Below are positions 19,310-28,915 of a stretch of DNA of 64,000 nt, piece by piece. The notes beneath the pieces were generated by a model. The model ran no database searches and was not told the origin of the DNA. It saw only the letters and a program-made list of their open reading frames with translations. The stretch is from the IMG/VR virus record IMGVR_UViG_3300021962_009794, one strand, 5' to 3'. A program made the position numbers and the translations under genes. This stretch comes from a virus (taxonomy: Duplodnaviria; Heunggongvirae; Uroviricota; Caudoviricetes). Positions within the stretch are counted from its first letter, which is position 1. Each line of letters begins with the position of its first letter.

Positions 19310-20398
19310 ATGGAAAGGAAATTAGCATCCATACAAAGAATCGGAAACATACTTCCCATCGAGGGAGCAGACGCAATAGAAATCGTAACTGTTAACTCTT
19401 GGAAGGTTGTTTCTAAGAAGGGAGAATTTAATGAAGGGGATCTTTGTGTTTATTTCGAAATTGATTCGTTCTTACCTGTGAGAGAAGAATTCGAATTTCT
19501 TAGAAAATCATCTTATAAAAAGATGGGTGATGTCGAAGGATTCAGATTAAAGACAATCAAATTAAGAGGCCAGGTTTCTCAAGGACTTTGTCTTCCACTC
19601 AATATATTGGAAGGTCCAGATGAATTCGTAATCGGTGTCAGCAAGCAGCCTTGGGGAGATCAGCTTCAGATTGGACCTTATGATGACGCTTTTGTTATCG
19701 AGGAAGGTGCTGATGTAACAGAATACCTAGGTGTTCTTAAGTACGAGCCACCAGTTCCAGCAGAACTTGCAGGAAAGGTTAAAGGTCTATTCCCAGGTTT
19801 CATTAGAAAAACGGACGAGGAGAGAATCCAGAACATGACTAAGGAATACGACAGCATGCTTGATAAGCACTATTACGTAACAGAAAAACTCGACGGAAGT
19901 TCAGCTACATATTATTTCAAGGATGGTGTATTTGGCGTGTGTTCAAGAAATTTGGAGCTATTAGAAACAGAGGGAAATACTTTCTGGAAGGTTGCTAGAG
20001 AATTGCTTATCGAAGAGAAATTAAGAAACATAGGGGAGAATTACTCTATCCAAGGTGAGCTTATCGGAGAAGGCGTTCAGGGTAACCCCTACAAAATTAA
20101 AGGTCAAACTGTATTGATCTTTAACATTTTCAACATCGACAAGCAAGAGTATCTTAGTCTTGATGACATGGTTCATTTTCTACACAAAATAAATGTAGAC
20201 GATAAGCCTTTGGAGCTTGTGCCTGTCGTTAATTACGATTACAAATTACCTCCAACAATCGAGGAGATCATCAGATATGCTGACGGTAAATCAAGATTGA
20301 ATGAGGGAACAGATAGAGAGGGTATAGTTATCAGAAATAGAGACAAGAGTATTTCTTTTAAAGCTATATCAAATACGTTTTTATTAAAAGAGAAGTAA
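19310..20398 (+). CDS. second ATP-dependent RNA-ligase-like nucleotidyltransferase
   Basis: Motif I EKLDGSS with no Arg, which points to RNA rather than DNA ligase or capping enzyme; EGIVIRN and SFKAIS motif IV/V-like; N-terminal OB-like domain. Confidence 0.55.
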   Translation: MERKLASIQRIGNILPIEGADAIEIVTVNSWKVVSKKGEFNEGDLCVYFEIDSFLPVREEFEFLRKSSYKKMGDVEGFRLKTIKLRGQVSQGLCLPLNILEGPDEFVIGVSKQPWGDQLQIGPYDDAFVIEEGADVTEYLGVLKYEPPVPAELAGKVKGLFPGFIRKTDEERIQNMTKEYDSMLDKHYYVTEKLDGSSATYYFKDGVFGVCSRNLELLETEGNTFWKVARELLIEEKLRNIGENYSIQGELIGEGVQGNPYKIKGQTVLIFNIFNIDKQEYLSLDDMVHFLHKINVDDKPLELVPVVNYDYKLPPTIEEIIRYADGKSRLNEGTDREGIVIRNRDKSISFKAISNTFLLKEK

Positions 20399-20399
20399 C

Positions 20400-20534
20400 A
20401 TGAAAGGAATTAGTGAGGTTTTTACAACAACGGAGATTACATTATTCTTCGGAGGATTATTTTTAGGTATTTCAATTGGAATGTTTATTGGATACAAGTG
20501 TGCAAAATACTTAGTGGAGAAAGAAGATGAATAA
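20400..20534 (+). CDS. hypothetical small single-TM protein (44 aa)
   Basis: MKGISEVFTTTEITLFFGGLFLGISIGMFIGYKCAKYLVEKEDE fills the gap; below the ORF-track cut-off. Confidence 0.35.
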   Translation: MKGISEVFTTTEITLFFGGLFLGISIGMFIGYKCAKYLVEKEDE

Positions 20535-21087
20535 GAACCTAAAAGATATAAGCGATTGGTTCGAAAGTGAGGAAGGTAAAGCTTCATTGGAGAAGTACGC
20601 GGAAAAACTCAGAAACGATATGAACCATAAAATGGTTTGGATTGATAGGTTTAAGAAGTGGGCTGAACCCGATATGGATGCAGCAATCGAAAAACTTTGT
20701 GCATGGTATGAATCTGACAAGTATCGGGACAGGGAGTATAAGAGAGGATACGAGCCAAGAGAACGACTTCTGTGGTTAGCATTCAACTATGCGGAGGAGC
20801 ATTGCAAAGAGTGTGACGACGAAGAGTATTTGAATGACTTCACAGGTCAAGCATACTACATCGGATCATACGTTATCCAGGTGATGCACGGACAAGGTTC
20901 AGTATTAAGAGTCGATAAACTTAAAGGACCAATCAAACCGAGCAGAAAGGAAAGAATCGCATTAATGATCGAGAGCCGAATAAAATCAGAGTACACTAAG
21001 CATTCAAAGAGTTTACCTGATGATTGGGCTAAGATCGCATCTCACAAAATCTTAGCCTCTTTGGAGGATCTGGAAAACAGTATATGA
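20527..21087 (+). CDS. hypothetical protein (186 aa)
   Basis: ORF. Confidence 0.55.
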   Translation: MNKNLKDISDWFESEEGKASLEKYAEKLRNDMNHKMVWIDRFKKWAEPDMDAAIEKLCAWYESDKYRDREYKRGYEPRERLLWLAFNYAEEHCKECDDEEYLNDFTGQAYYIGSYVIQVMHGQGSVLRVDKLKGPIKPSRKERIALMIESRIKSEYTKHSKSLPDDWAKIASHKILASLEDLENSI

Positions 21088-22118
21088 AAATAATAATCAC
21101 AGGAGGAGCCGGATACATCGGTTCACATACGGCGGTTGAAGCTATCAGAGCAGGACACGAGGTAATTATAATCGATGACCTTTCCAATTCTTCGAGAGAT
21201 TCTATTAATAACATATATAAGGCTTCCGGAAAGATACCTTTATTCTATGAGGCATCGATGTTAAAGAATCCATTAGACATCTACGACCAGATTGGTGAGC
21301 ACGCAAGACATGCAGATGCACTTATACATTTTGCAGCTTTCAAATCTTCACCAGAATCAAAAGAGAATCCGCTTTCTTATTACAGAAACAATGTTGATTC
21401 TCTGATGACTGCGATCAGGCTTTGCGAAATCTTCAGCATAAAGAATTTCATCTTTTCTAGCTCTGCGACAGTTTACGGACATCCTAACTATTTACCGATC
21501 AATGAAGTCCATCCGATATTAAAGGGATCTACTCCTTACGGTTGTTCAAAGATTATGGGAGAATGGATACTGGAAGACTGCACAGCAGTAAAAAATCTAA
21601 AATCTGTAGCTCTAAGATATTTTAATCCAGCAGGAGCAGATCACACATATCTGTTAGGGGAAAGTCCAAAAGGAAAGCCAGGTAATTTGGTACCGATCAT
21701 CACACAGGCAGCTGCTGGGGTTTATGAACAGCCAATCAAAGTTACAGGGGTTGATTACCCAACACCAGATGGATCTGCTATTAGAGATTACATCCACGTA
21801 ACAGATCTAGCCCAAGCACATTTGGCCGCACTGGAGTGGCTAGATAAGCAGGAAATTCACACCTTTGAGACATTCAATATAGGAACAGGTAAAGGCACAT
21901 CTGTTTATGAAATGATAGAAACTTTCGTCATGGACGTTGAGCCAGATCTTATTGTCTGTGAAAAAGCAGATAGAAGACCTGGGGATCCAGCTGAAGTTTG
22001 GTGTGATCCTTCGAAAGCTAAAGAAATTCTAGGATGGGAGGCTAAGCTAACCACCCTTGACATTCTTAAAAGTGCATGGGAATGGGAGAAGAGAGTTGGG
22101 GGTGGCTGGGATATATAA
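21084..22118 (+). CDS. galE: UDP-glucose 4-epimerase / NAD-dependent epimerase
   Basis: MKIIITGGAGYIGSH Rossmann motif; YGCSK catalytic YxxxK; size typical of GalE. Confidence 0.85.
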   Translation: MKIIITGGAGYIGSHTAVEAIRAGHEVIIIDDLSNSSRDSINNIYKASGKIPLFYEASMLKNPLDIYDQIGEHARHADALIHFAAFKSSPESKENPLSYYRNNVDSLMTAIRLCEIFSIKNFIFSSSATVYGHPNYLPINEVHPILKGSTPYGCSKIMGEWILEDCTAVKNLKSVALRYFNPAGADHTYLLGESPKGKPGNLVPIITQAAAGVYEQPIKVTGVDYPTPDGSAIRDYIHVTDLAQAHLAALEWLDKQEIHTFETFNIGTGKGTSVYEMIETFVMDVEPDLIVCEKADRRPGDPAEVWCDPSKAKEILGWEAKLTTLDILKSAWEWEKRVGGGWDI

Positions 22119-22121
22119 TCC

Positions 22122-22763
22122 ATGCAAAATCTTAAACTGTACGAAGAATTTAGCCACCCAAAGGAGGAGGATCTAGCTCTGGAGATTGCTGAATTTTTCG
22201 ATGCGGTAGATATCTTCAAAAGGAGAAGGTATGGTCAAAAATTCAAAGCAAAGCTTGGAAAAAATTACACCCCTGAAAAAATCATAAGTCTAATCGGATC
22301 TTTAAAAGAAAAGAATTACGAGATTGAGTTATATCCTAATATGGACGAAAGAGCTTTAAGAGCTCTTATATCAGCTAGTAATATAGACTATTCAAATCCA
22401 ATAGAAAATCTAGAATATGGCTTAACCATTATAATAGTATCCAACTTCATGAGATACAAATCCTGTATTAATATACACAACGGGATAGTTTCTTATGACG
22501 TTCTGAATAAATCAAGCATGCAAGAAATTGCTCTTAATGAGTTTAATGAGAATAACATCGAAATGTTATTCTGGAATGGTAAGAATATGGTTAATGGAAA
22601 ATTCGAACAGACCGAGATATTCCGCGAAGACGGGATGACAACTCTGATCTTCGAAAGTTACGAAACTTCTGACGGCGAAGAATATGTTATGTCTGTTAGC
22701 GCTACCGGAAGTTTTAATGCTGGATACGATCTGGAGGATATTGAGGACATAGATTTCCTTTAG
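22122..22763 (+). CDS. hypothetical protein with MQNLKLYEEF propeptide-like N-terminus
   Basis: Member of the M-x-x-[IL]-K-L-[FY]-E N-terminal motif family. Confidence 0.55.
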   Translation: MQNLKLYEEFSHPKEEDLALEIAEFFDAVDIFKRRRYGQKFKAKLGKNYTPEKIISLIGSLKEKNYEIELYPNMDERALRALISASNIDYSNPIENLEYGLTIIIVSNFMRYKSCINIHNGIVSYDVLNKSSMQEIALNEFNENNIEMLFWNGKNMVNGKFEQTEIFREDGMTTLIFESYETSDGEEYVMSVSATGSFNAGYDLEDIEDIDFL

Positions 22764-23217
22764 CCTTCATTATAACTATCTGATTCTCTGCGTGTTTTAT
22801 TAGATATTCATTAACACCAGGTACTTTCAATAAATAAGCCCTTTCATAAGCATAACAAAGTGCTTCCTCATCATTACCGTCCATCTCTACCCCATCCATT
22901 AATAATTTTAGATGAAGCGACTCATGTACAATGACCGCACAAATGTCATCTATATCATTAGATCTCATATCTTTAGATGAGATGATGATAGTTCCTTTTT
23001 TTCCGTATCCGCCATAGCAGCTAGAAAAGTTTCCGCCCCAGAATGAAATTGTGTCACAAACTTCCAGAATGTGACTATAATAAGCAGAGTCGACCATTTT
23101 TATTTTATTTAAGGCTGAATCAACTTTAAGATCCCAGAAATCTCCAGCCTTGTCTACTTTGATTTGAGCAGAAGAAACTAAAGGGATAAATAGTAGGAAA
23201 CAAATTAAGTAACGCAT
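22714..23217 (-). CDS. secreted HExxH-motif protein (isolated minus-strand gene)
   Basis: Signal peptide MRYLICFLLFIPLVSSAQ; VIVHESLH motif. Confidence 0.5.
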   Translation of the reverse strand: MRYLICFLLFIPLVSSAQIKVDKAGDFWDLKVDSALNKIKMVDSAYYSHILEVCDTISFWGGNFSSCYGGYGKKGTIIISSKDMRSNDIDDICAVIVHESLHLKLLMDGVEMDGNDEEALCYAYERAYLLKVPGVNEYLIKHAENQIVIMKAKGNLCPQYPPDRIQH

Positions 23218-23226
23218 CTTTTATAT

Positions 23227-23724
23227 ATGGAAAGAAAAAACAATAAACCGAAGAGAAACCAAGTAAAACCGAAAATAGAGCAAAAAAATGACCAAGAGGT
23301 CAGTGATTTAGAGGTAGCTAAAAAGATGCTAAAGATCTACCAAAGTGCAGCAGATAGAAAATTAGAATTTAATTTATCATTTGAATCAGTTAAAAAACTA
23401 CTAAGCTACCAAACCTGCTATTACACCAATAAAAAATTCGAGGAGGAAGGCAACTATTCCAGAAGCTTTGATCGGGTTGACTCGGCTAAAGGCTATGTAG
23501 AAGGAAATGTCGTTGCTTGCACAGTTGATATAAACGGTAAGAAGAGCAACCTATCATTTGAGGAAATAGAGTGCATTTATAAGAAAATATCTCCATTTAA
23601 AGAGAAATCAGCAAAACCAGCAAAAATAGAGGAGTCTTCCGAGGTTACTGAGGTAACCATTATCCCACAAGAAGAGGTCTCCGAGGGATATATAGAGAAT
23701 GCAGAATCACCTACTGAAATATAA
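23227..23724 (+). CDS. hypothetical protein (165 aa)
   Basis: ORF. Confidence 0.5.
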   Translation: MERKNNKPKRNQVKPKIEQKNDQEVSDLEVAKKMLKIYQSAADRKLEFNLSFESVKKLLSYQTCYYTNKKFEEEGNYSRSFDRVDSAKGYVEGNVVACTVDINGKKSNLSFEEIECIYKKISPFKEKSAKPAKIEESSEVTEVTIIPQEEVSEGYIENAESPTEI

Positions 23725-24496
23725 GAATTGGCTGGCAGAGTCAGAAACTCCGGAGACTTATAACTTAACTCAGGAGGACATCGACTATATTCAGAATAAC
23801 TGTAAAGTATTAAGTGTTCTTAAAAAATCAGGATTATCGGAAGGAATATTCAAACACTTAAATAGTCGCGATTATTTCTATGCGAAGATATCCACAAAAG
23901 ATCTTGAGAAATATATTAAGCTTCTAGAGAAGACAGAGATAGAGTTTGTTCCAAGCTACTTTGAAGAGACAAACAATATCATAATACATTTTACCAGAGA
24001 TCGCAAGCTGGAAATAGGAAAGCACACCTCAGACATATTAGACTCCGGATCATTATCCCACAGAGGAAATACTAGGGAATTTAAAGTAAAATGGAGTGCT
24101 GATAGCAGAGATCAGGTTCTAGAGGTAGTAAATCAATCTATCGAAGAGATCATAAAGGAAATCAAGAAGGTTAGAGTCATGATCCAGGTGGGTAAAAAAA
24201 ATATTCCGGATTCTCTAAAACCAACGATTAAAAAGAGAATATTGGAAAATTATAGAAGTGTGGTTGACTCTTTCTTTTATGAAGGAAAATTACCCGAATT
24301 GGAGGAAACAAATATTGGATGGGTCATAGCGGAAATCTACTCATCAGATAAAACTATACTAAATACAATTTCTGATATAGAGGACAGGGAAACCCTTGAT
24401 TCCATCCTAAGATCGCTAGAAAAGATGGAGGAAACGGATATCGTTAAGATCGTGAAAGCATACGTTAGATCATCCAGAATATTAAAGCATCTCTAA
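23699..24496 (+). CDS. hypothetical protein (265 aa)
   Basis: ORF overlapping the previous gene by 26 nt. Confidence 0.5.
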   Translation: MQNHLLKYKNWLAESETPETYNLTQEDIDYIQNNCKVLSVLKKSGLSEGIFKHLNSRDYFYAKISTKDLEKYIKLLEKTEIEFVPSYFEETNNIIIHFTRDRKLEIGKHTSDILDSGSLSHRGNTREFKVKWSADSRDQVLEVVNQSIEEIIKEIKKVRVMIQVGKKNIPDSLKPTIKKRILENYRSVVDSFFYEGKLPELEETNIGWVIAEIYSSDKTILNTISDIEDRETLDSILRSLEKMEETDIVKIVKAYVRSSRILKHL

Positions 24497-24873
24497 TGAG
24501 GAACATTAAACTATATGAGCTTTGGGATAAGAAGGAAGATGATGGGGTGGAGATGCTGGTTAAAATTCTAGATGATCTAAAACCCACAATAATATCTCAC
24601 TTCAATGCAAGAACGATGGATGTGGATTTCGTTGAGGTTTCTGATCCCCAGCAATTTGTTCTTGAGTATTGGCCTAAATCATTCGACAACAGAATACCAC
24701 AAAGAATCTCATACTACATAGACGATATTGCGGAAACCCTTTCAGAAGAAATTGGGACTAAAATAGATTGGCAGTTCTCACCTAATGGTAACGTTCAAAG
24801 ATTGGAATTCAACCTTGAGAATGAAATTGATCCTAAATACTTCAGCGCCAAAGACCGCATGAGGTTCTCTTAA
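24496..24873 (+). CDS. hypothetical protein with MRNIKLYELW propeptide-like N-terminus
   Basis: Member of the N-terminal motif family. Confidence 0.55.
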   Translation: MRNIKLYELWDKKEDDGVEMLVKILDDLKPTIISHFNARTMDVDFVEVSDPQQFVLEYWPKSFDNRIPQRISYYIDDIAETLSEEIGTKIDWQFSPNGNVQRLEFNLENEIDPKYFSAKDRMRFS

Positions 24874-24943
24874 TCTCAAACAAATCCTCCGATTTATTTT
24901 TTTACCTCGGAATCATTCCTTATTTTTGTCTAAAATATAAGGT

Positions 24944-25309
24944 ATGAGATTCCTATTATCAATTTTTCTTATCACAATCATTGGCTGCACCAAGGCAGCA
25001 ACAACCCACAATGTAAGGGTTATAACATTTGCAGTAGATCAGTCTGGAGACTACGTAAAGCCATCCAACACTGCAATGTATTTAAACAAGACACAATGCG
25101 TTTGTTTTAGCGACTCCGTGTATGGCTACAACACAAATCCAACATTTACTCTCGAAAACGTAAATGACGGAGACGAACTACACATCATTTCCTTCGTTAA
25201 CGCTGGAGAAGAGATTCAATATAAGACTGTAGTTGTCTACGTCGACAATAAAATGATATTGAACATTTCCAATTCTCAGAACATAAACCAAAAAATTAAG
25301 TTAAGATGA
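24944..25309 (+). CDS. putative lipoprotein
   Basis: MRFLLSIFLITIIGC signal peptide plus lipobox. Confidence 0.55.
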   Translation: MRFLLSIFLITIIGCTKAATTHNVRVITFAVDQSGDYVKPSNTAMYLNKTQCVCFSDSVYGYNTNPTFTLENVNDGDELHIISFVNAGEEIQYKTVVVYVDNKMILNISNSQNINQKIKLR

Positions 25310-25899
25310 ACATGCAACAATGGTGCGTAGATCAGCACGCTAAAACAAATCATTGGTACGATACCTATCTGCCATACGAATTCCATCTAAGAATGGTCGC
25401 AAATGTCGCAAAAGATTTTCAACATCTTCTTGACAATGAAGTAGATTATTACACGGGAAAACAAGAAATTGACAAAGGCCAAGATCTAACCTTAACCTTA
25501 CGAACTGCTTGTTTACGAGCTGCTTGGGGTCACGATTTAATTGAAGACACTCGCAATTCTTATAACGATGTTAAGGAAATACTTGGACAAGAAGCTGCAG
25601 ATATTATCTATGCTGTTTCAAACGAGAAAGGAAAGAATCGTAAAGAAAGAGCAAACGACAAATACTACGAGGGAATCCGTAACACTCCAGGTGCGGTCTT
25701 TGTAAAGATGTGTGATCGTATTGCCAACGTCCAGTACTCAAAGATGACCAAGAGTCGTATGTTTGAGATGTATAAGAAAGAAAATACAGAGTTCACAAGA
25801 TCATTGGGTTTCATAGGTGGTGATTCTATTACAGTTGAGTACCCAGGTCACGAATATTACAAAATGTACAAATATCTTATTAACCTTTTTGAAAAATAA
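25306..25899 (+). CDS. HD-domain phosphohydrolase, small-alarmone-hydrolase-like
   Basis: RAAWGHDLIEDT (RelA/SpoT-type HD motif); downstream MCDRIANV. Confidence 0.55.
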   Translation: MNMQQWCVDQHAKTNHWYDTYLPYEFHLRMVANVAKDFQHLLDNEVDYYTGKQEIDKGQDLTLTLRTACLRAAWGHDLIEDTRNSYNDVKEILGQEAADIIYAVSNEKGKNRKERANDKYYEGIRNTPGAVFVKMCDRIANVQYSKMTKSRMFEMYKKENTEFTRSLGFIGGDSITVEYPGHEYYKMYKYLINLFEK

Positions 25900-25901
25900 T
25901 T

Positions 25902-26378
25902 ATGAGCCAACCGTGGTTAAGAGCTAGCATTAAAATAACAAAGCCTATCGTTCTAATAGATATGGATGGGGTTATCTGTGACTTTGACAAAAGAGCAAAG
26001 GAATTAGAAGCACAGGGTATAAAGGGACATAGCCTATTTAAGCACCCGACTGCATACAAAGATCTCGAGCCTATTGAAGGTGCAATAAGTGCATGGGATG
26101 CTTTGCAGGACAAGTACGAGACCTACATTTTAAGTACACCACCTTGGAGCAATCCTGATGCATGGGCAGAGAAAAGAGTTTGGGTAGAAACACATTTAGG
26201 TAAATCTGCCAATAAGAAGCTTATCCTTTGCCATCACAAGGGATTGGTTAAGGGTGATTTTCTTATCGACGACAGAATTGCCAATGGTGTAGCTGATTTC
26301 GAGGGAGAACATATTCATTTCGGAACCGATCAATTTCCGGGATGGAAATCGGTATTGACTTACTTAGGTATAAAATAA
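25902..26378 (+). CDS. HAD-superfamily 5'(3')-deoxyribonucleotidase-like
   Basis: LIDMDGVICDF motif I at the N-terminus, as in NT5C-type deoxynucleotidases. Confidence 0.6.
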   Translation: MSQPWLRASIKITKPIVLIDMDGVICDFDKRAKELEAQGIKGHSLFKHPTAYKDLEPIEGAISAWDALQDKYETYILSTPPWSNPDAWAEKRVWVETHLGKSANKKLILCHHKGLVKGDFLIDDRIANGVADFEGEHIHFGTDQFPGWKSVLTYLGIK

Positions 26379-26379
26379 A

Positions 26380-27114
26380 ATGAGTGATCGATCCATCCAT
26401 TGTCCAGTCTGCAAATCCAAACTAGAGGTAACCCACAGAGACCGTTACGAAGATATGAGCGAACACGTATCAAATCCAAACGGAACACCTTCTATGAAAG
26501 ACGGTTACCAGTGCACTAACGTAGACTGGTGCGAAGCTTCGTATCTGAACTTCACATGGATAAAAGACGGAGATTGCTACACTAATCCTCCGGAGGGTGT
26601 TAGCTGGTCTGAAGCCAATCGACGTTTGGAGAAAGCGAGCGCCTCTGGTATGATGTTCGCTCTCAATTCATGGAACCATTATTACAATCTAGGAAAGAAA
26701 AAGATAGAAGAAAGGAAAATGTCATTTCGTATAGGAAAATATAAGATCGACATAAAGCCTAAAGAGAAGGGCTACAAATATCCTGAGCATAAGCAATATA
26801 TGCCAAGCACATTTCGATGGGGATATGAGATATGGAAAGAGTCAGAGAATAGCAATGGCTTTTATACTTCGGTCATTCCGACACACAGAATGGTACTTCA
26901 CTGCATCGGATCTTTCAAAAGATCATATAAATCTGCTATTTATAATCCAGAGAAAAATAAGAGCTCTATAAAGGATTGCATGGATAGAATAAATTGTACT
27001 CATTGGGGAACTAAGGACGATCGTACATTTGCTAAGATATCTTCATTTCTGATAAGGGTAATGTATCCTAGAAAATGTAAAAAAATTAAAGCAATTTCAA
27101 TAAATTTAAAATAA
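26380..27114 (+). CDS. hypothetical protein with N-terminal Cys cluster
   Basis: ORF; CPVCKS...H motif. Confidence 0.5.
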   Translation: MSDRSIHCPVCKSKLEVTHRDRYEDMSEHVSNPNGTPSMKDGYQCTNVDWCEASYLNFTWIKDGDCYTNPPEGVSWSEANRRLEKASASGMMFALNSWNHYYNLGKKKIEERKMSFRIGKYKIDIKPKEKGYKYPEHKQYMPSTFRWGYEIWKESENSNGFYTSVIPTHRMVLHCIGSFKRSYKSAIYNPEKNKSSIKDCMDRINCTHWGTKDDRTFAKISSFLIRVMYPRKCKKIKAISINLK

Positions 27115-27116
27115 TT

Positions 27117-27485
27117 ATGGGACCAAAAGGAAACGTCTGGATAAAGACAACATTCGAGGCCACTAAGATTTGGCCAAATCCCCAGTTCAATTTTTTGACA
27201 GGTGAGGAAATCAATCTGGAAAAAGAATACAAAGAGGCATTGGCCGGAAAGATGGTCACTGTTATGGACATTGCTAATGATGACAGTGGTTATTTAGTTC
27301 TGGGAAAGACCAAGGACGGCGGGGATTTTCTTTGGATGATCGAAAAGGAAGATACGAGAGGATTTATTCCGATCATCAAAAAGAATGGCATTCTAATGCC
27401 AGCTGATTTGAGTCCGATTGAAGAGTTTAAATACATGGCGGAACATTACTCCAGAATGAGTGAAAACTTTAAAACAGAAGAATGA
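27117..27485 (+). CDS. hypothetical protein (122 aa)
   Basis: ORF. Confidence 0.5.
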   Translation: MGPKGNVWIKTTFEATKIWPNPQFNFLTGEEINLEKEYKEALAGKMVTVMDIANDDSGYLVLGKTKDGGDFLWMIEKEDTRGFIPIIKKNGILMPADLSPIEEFKYMAEHYSRMSENFKTEE

Positions 27486-27491
27486 TACCGG

Positions 27492-28070
27492 ATGAAACTA
27501 ATATTCTTAGATATAGACGGAGTTCTTAATTGCGAGAACGCTTACCGAAGAGGTGAGTGCCAATACCAGGAATGGATTTGGGAAGACGGTCGCAAGGATC
27601 ACTATCAGCGATTTTGTAAACGCAGCAAAGATCTGCTAAATCAACTCATTGATGCAACTGAAGCGAAAATCGTTATCTCATCTAGTTGGAGAACAAGTGG
27701 TATTGAATTTATGAAGAAAGTTTGGGAGCTTGAAGATATGCACGGTGAAATAATAGGGATCACCCCGTCAATGAGAACTTCGGGAATAAGTATTCCACGA
27801 GGAATGGAAATTCATTACTACTTAGAGCATGACTTGGGGTTCCGTCATATCAACTGGTCAGCTGACGAGCAACAAAAACTAATGGACAAGTCGGGCGTAG
27901 AAAACTACATTATCATTGATGATGACAGTGACATGCTATACGGGCAGCGTAATCACTTCGTCCACGTTCTACCTTCACCCAGAAACAAAGAAGGATTTAA
28001 CCAGAAGTATTACAAAGAAGCTTTATCTAAATTAAGTAAAACAGTAACGGATCTAAATTATAAAAAATGA
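27492..28070 (+). CDS. HAD-superfamily hydrolase/phosphatase
   Basis: MKLIFLDIDGVLN motif I; IIIDDDSD aspartate motif. Confidence 0.55.
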   Translation: MKLIFLDIDGVLNCENAYRRGECQYQEWIWEDGRKDHYQRFCKRSKDLLNQLIDATEAKIVISSSWRTSGIEFMKKVWELEDMHGEIIGITPSMRTSGISIPRGMEIHYYLEHDLGFRHINWSADEQQKLMDKSGVENYIIIDDDSDMLYGQRNHFVHVLPSPRNKEGFNQKYYKEALSKLSKTVTDLNYKK

Positions 28071-28915
28071 AAGACGCACTAGGCGATAGAATGAAAGATT
28101 TCTACGAAGACAGGACAAGAACAAAACTTCCGAGAAGAAGTTACACAATAATCAGAATCGACGGAAAGGCTTTCCATACTTACACAAGAGGTTTAGAAAG
28201 ACCTTTTGATATGTGGCTCATGGAAGACATGGACGCAACTGCAGCTTACCTCTGTAAGAATATTCAGGGTGCTAAATTTGCATACGTTCAGTCAGATGAG
28301 ATCTCAATTCTAATTACAGATTTTGATGATCTAGGAACACACGCTTGGTTTGATAACAATCTACAAAAGATGGCTTCAGTTTCTGCTTCAATGGCAACTG
28401 CCAGATTCAACCAACTTAGATTAATTAGAGAAGCTAAGAACGGGGGAGACTTAGTTAAATCACAGATCTCACAATTTCCGATGGCTATGTTTGACGCCAG
28501 GGTATTTCAAATTCCATTTGCAGCTGAGGTTGAAAACTATTTCATCTGGAGACAGCAAGACGCTACAAGAAACTCTATCAGTTCAGCTGCACAAAGTGTT
28601 TATAGCTCTAAAGAATTACACGGGGTTAAGAGTGACGGTATGCAGGAAATGCTCTTCCAAAAGGGGATCAACTGGAACGATTACAGTCCAAGAGAGAAAA
28701 GAGGATCTGTTATCAGAAAGGTAGAGAAACAATTTGTGAGGAGAGAAACAATGGCAGAGGTAACCGATACTACAGTAGTCATTCCTGAATCTGCTACCTA
28801 TAAAAGAAATGTTTGGGAAGCAGATCCAGAAACACCAATCTTTACACAGAACAGGGAATATCTAAGATCTCTCTTTCCTAATTACGAACAACAAAAAGAG
28901 GAAGAAAATGTTTAG
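28067..28915 (+). CDS. Thg1-like protein (tRNA-His guanylyltransferase family 3'-5' nucleotidyltransferase)
   Basis: RMKDFYEDRTRTKLPRRSYTIIRIDGKAFHTYTRGLERPFD and AYVQSDEISIL follow the Thg1 N-terminal signature. Confidence 0.75.
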   Translation: MKDALGDRMKDFYEDRTRTKLPRRSYTIIRIDGKAFHTYTRGLERPFDMWLMEDMDATAAYLCKNIQGAKFAYVQSDEISILITDFDDLGTHAWFDNNLQKMASVSASMATARFNQLRLIREAKNGGDLVKSQISQFPMAMFDARVFQIPFAAEVENYFIWRQQDATRNSISSAAQSVYSSKELHGVKSDGMQEMLFQKGINWNDYSPREKRGSVIRKVEKQFVRRETMAEVTDTTVVIPESATYKRNVWEADPETPIFTQNREYLRSLFPNYEQQKEEENV

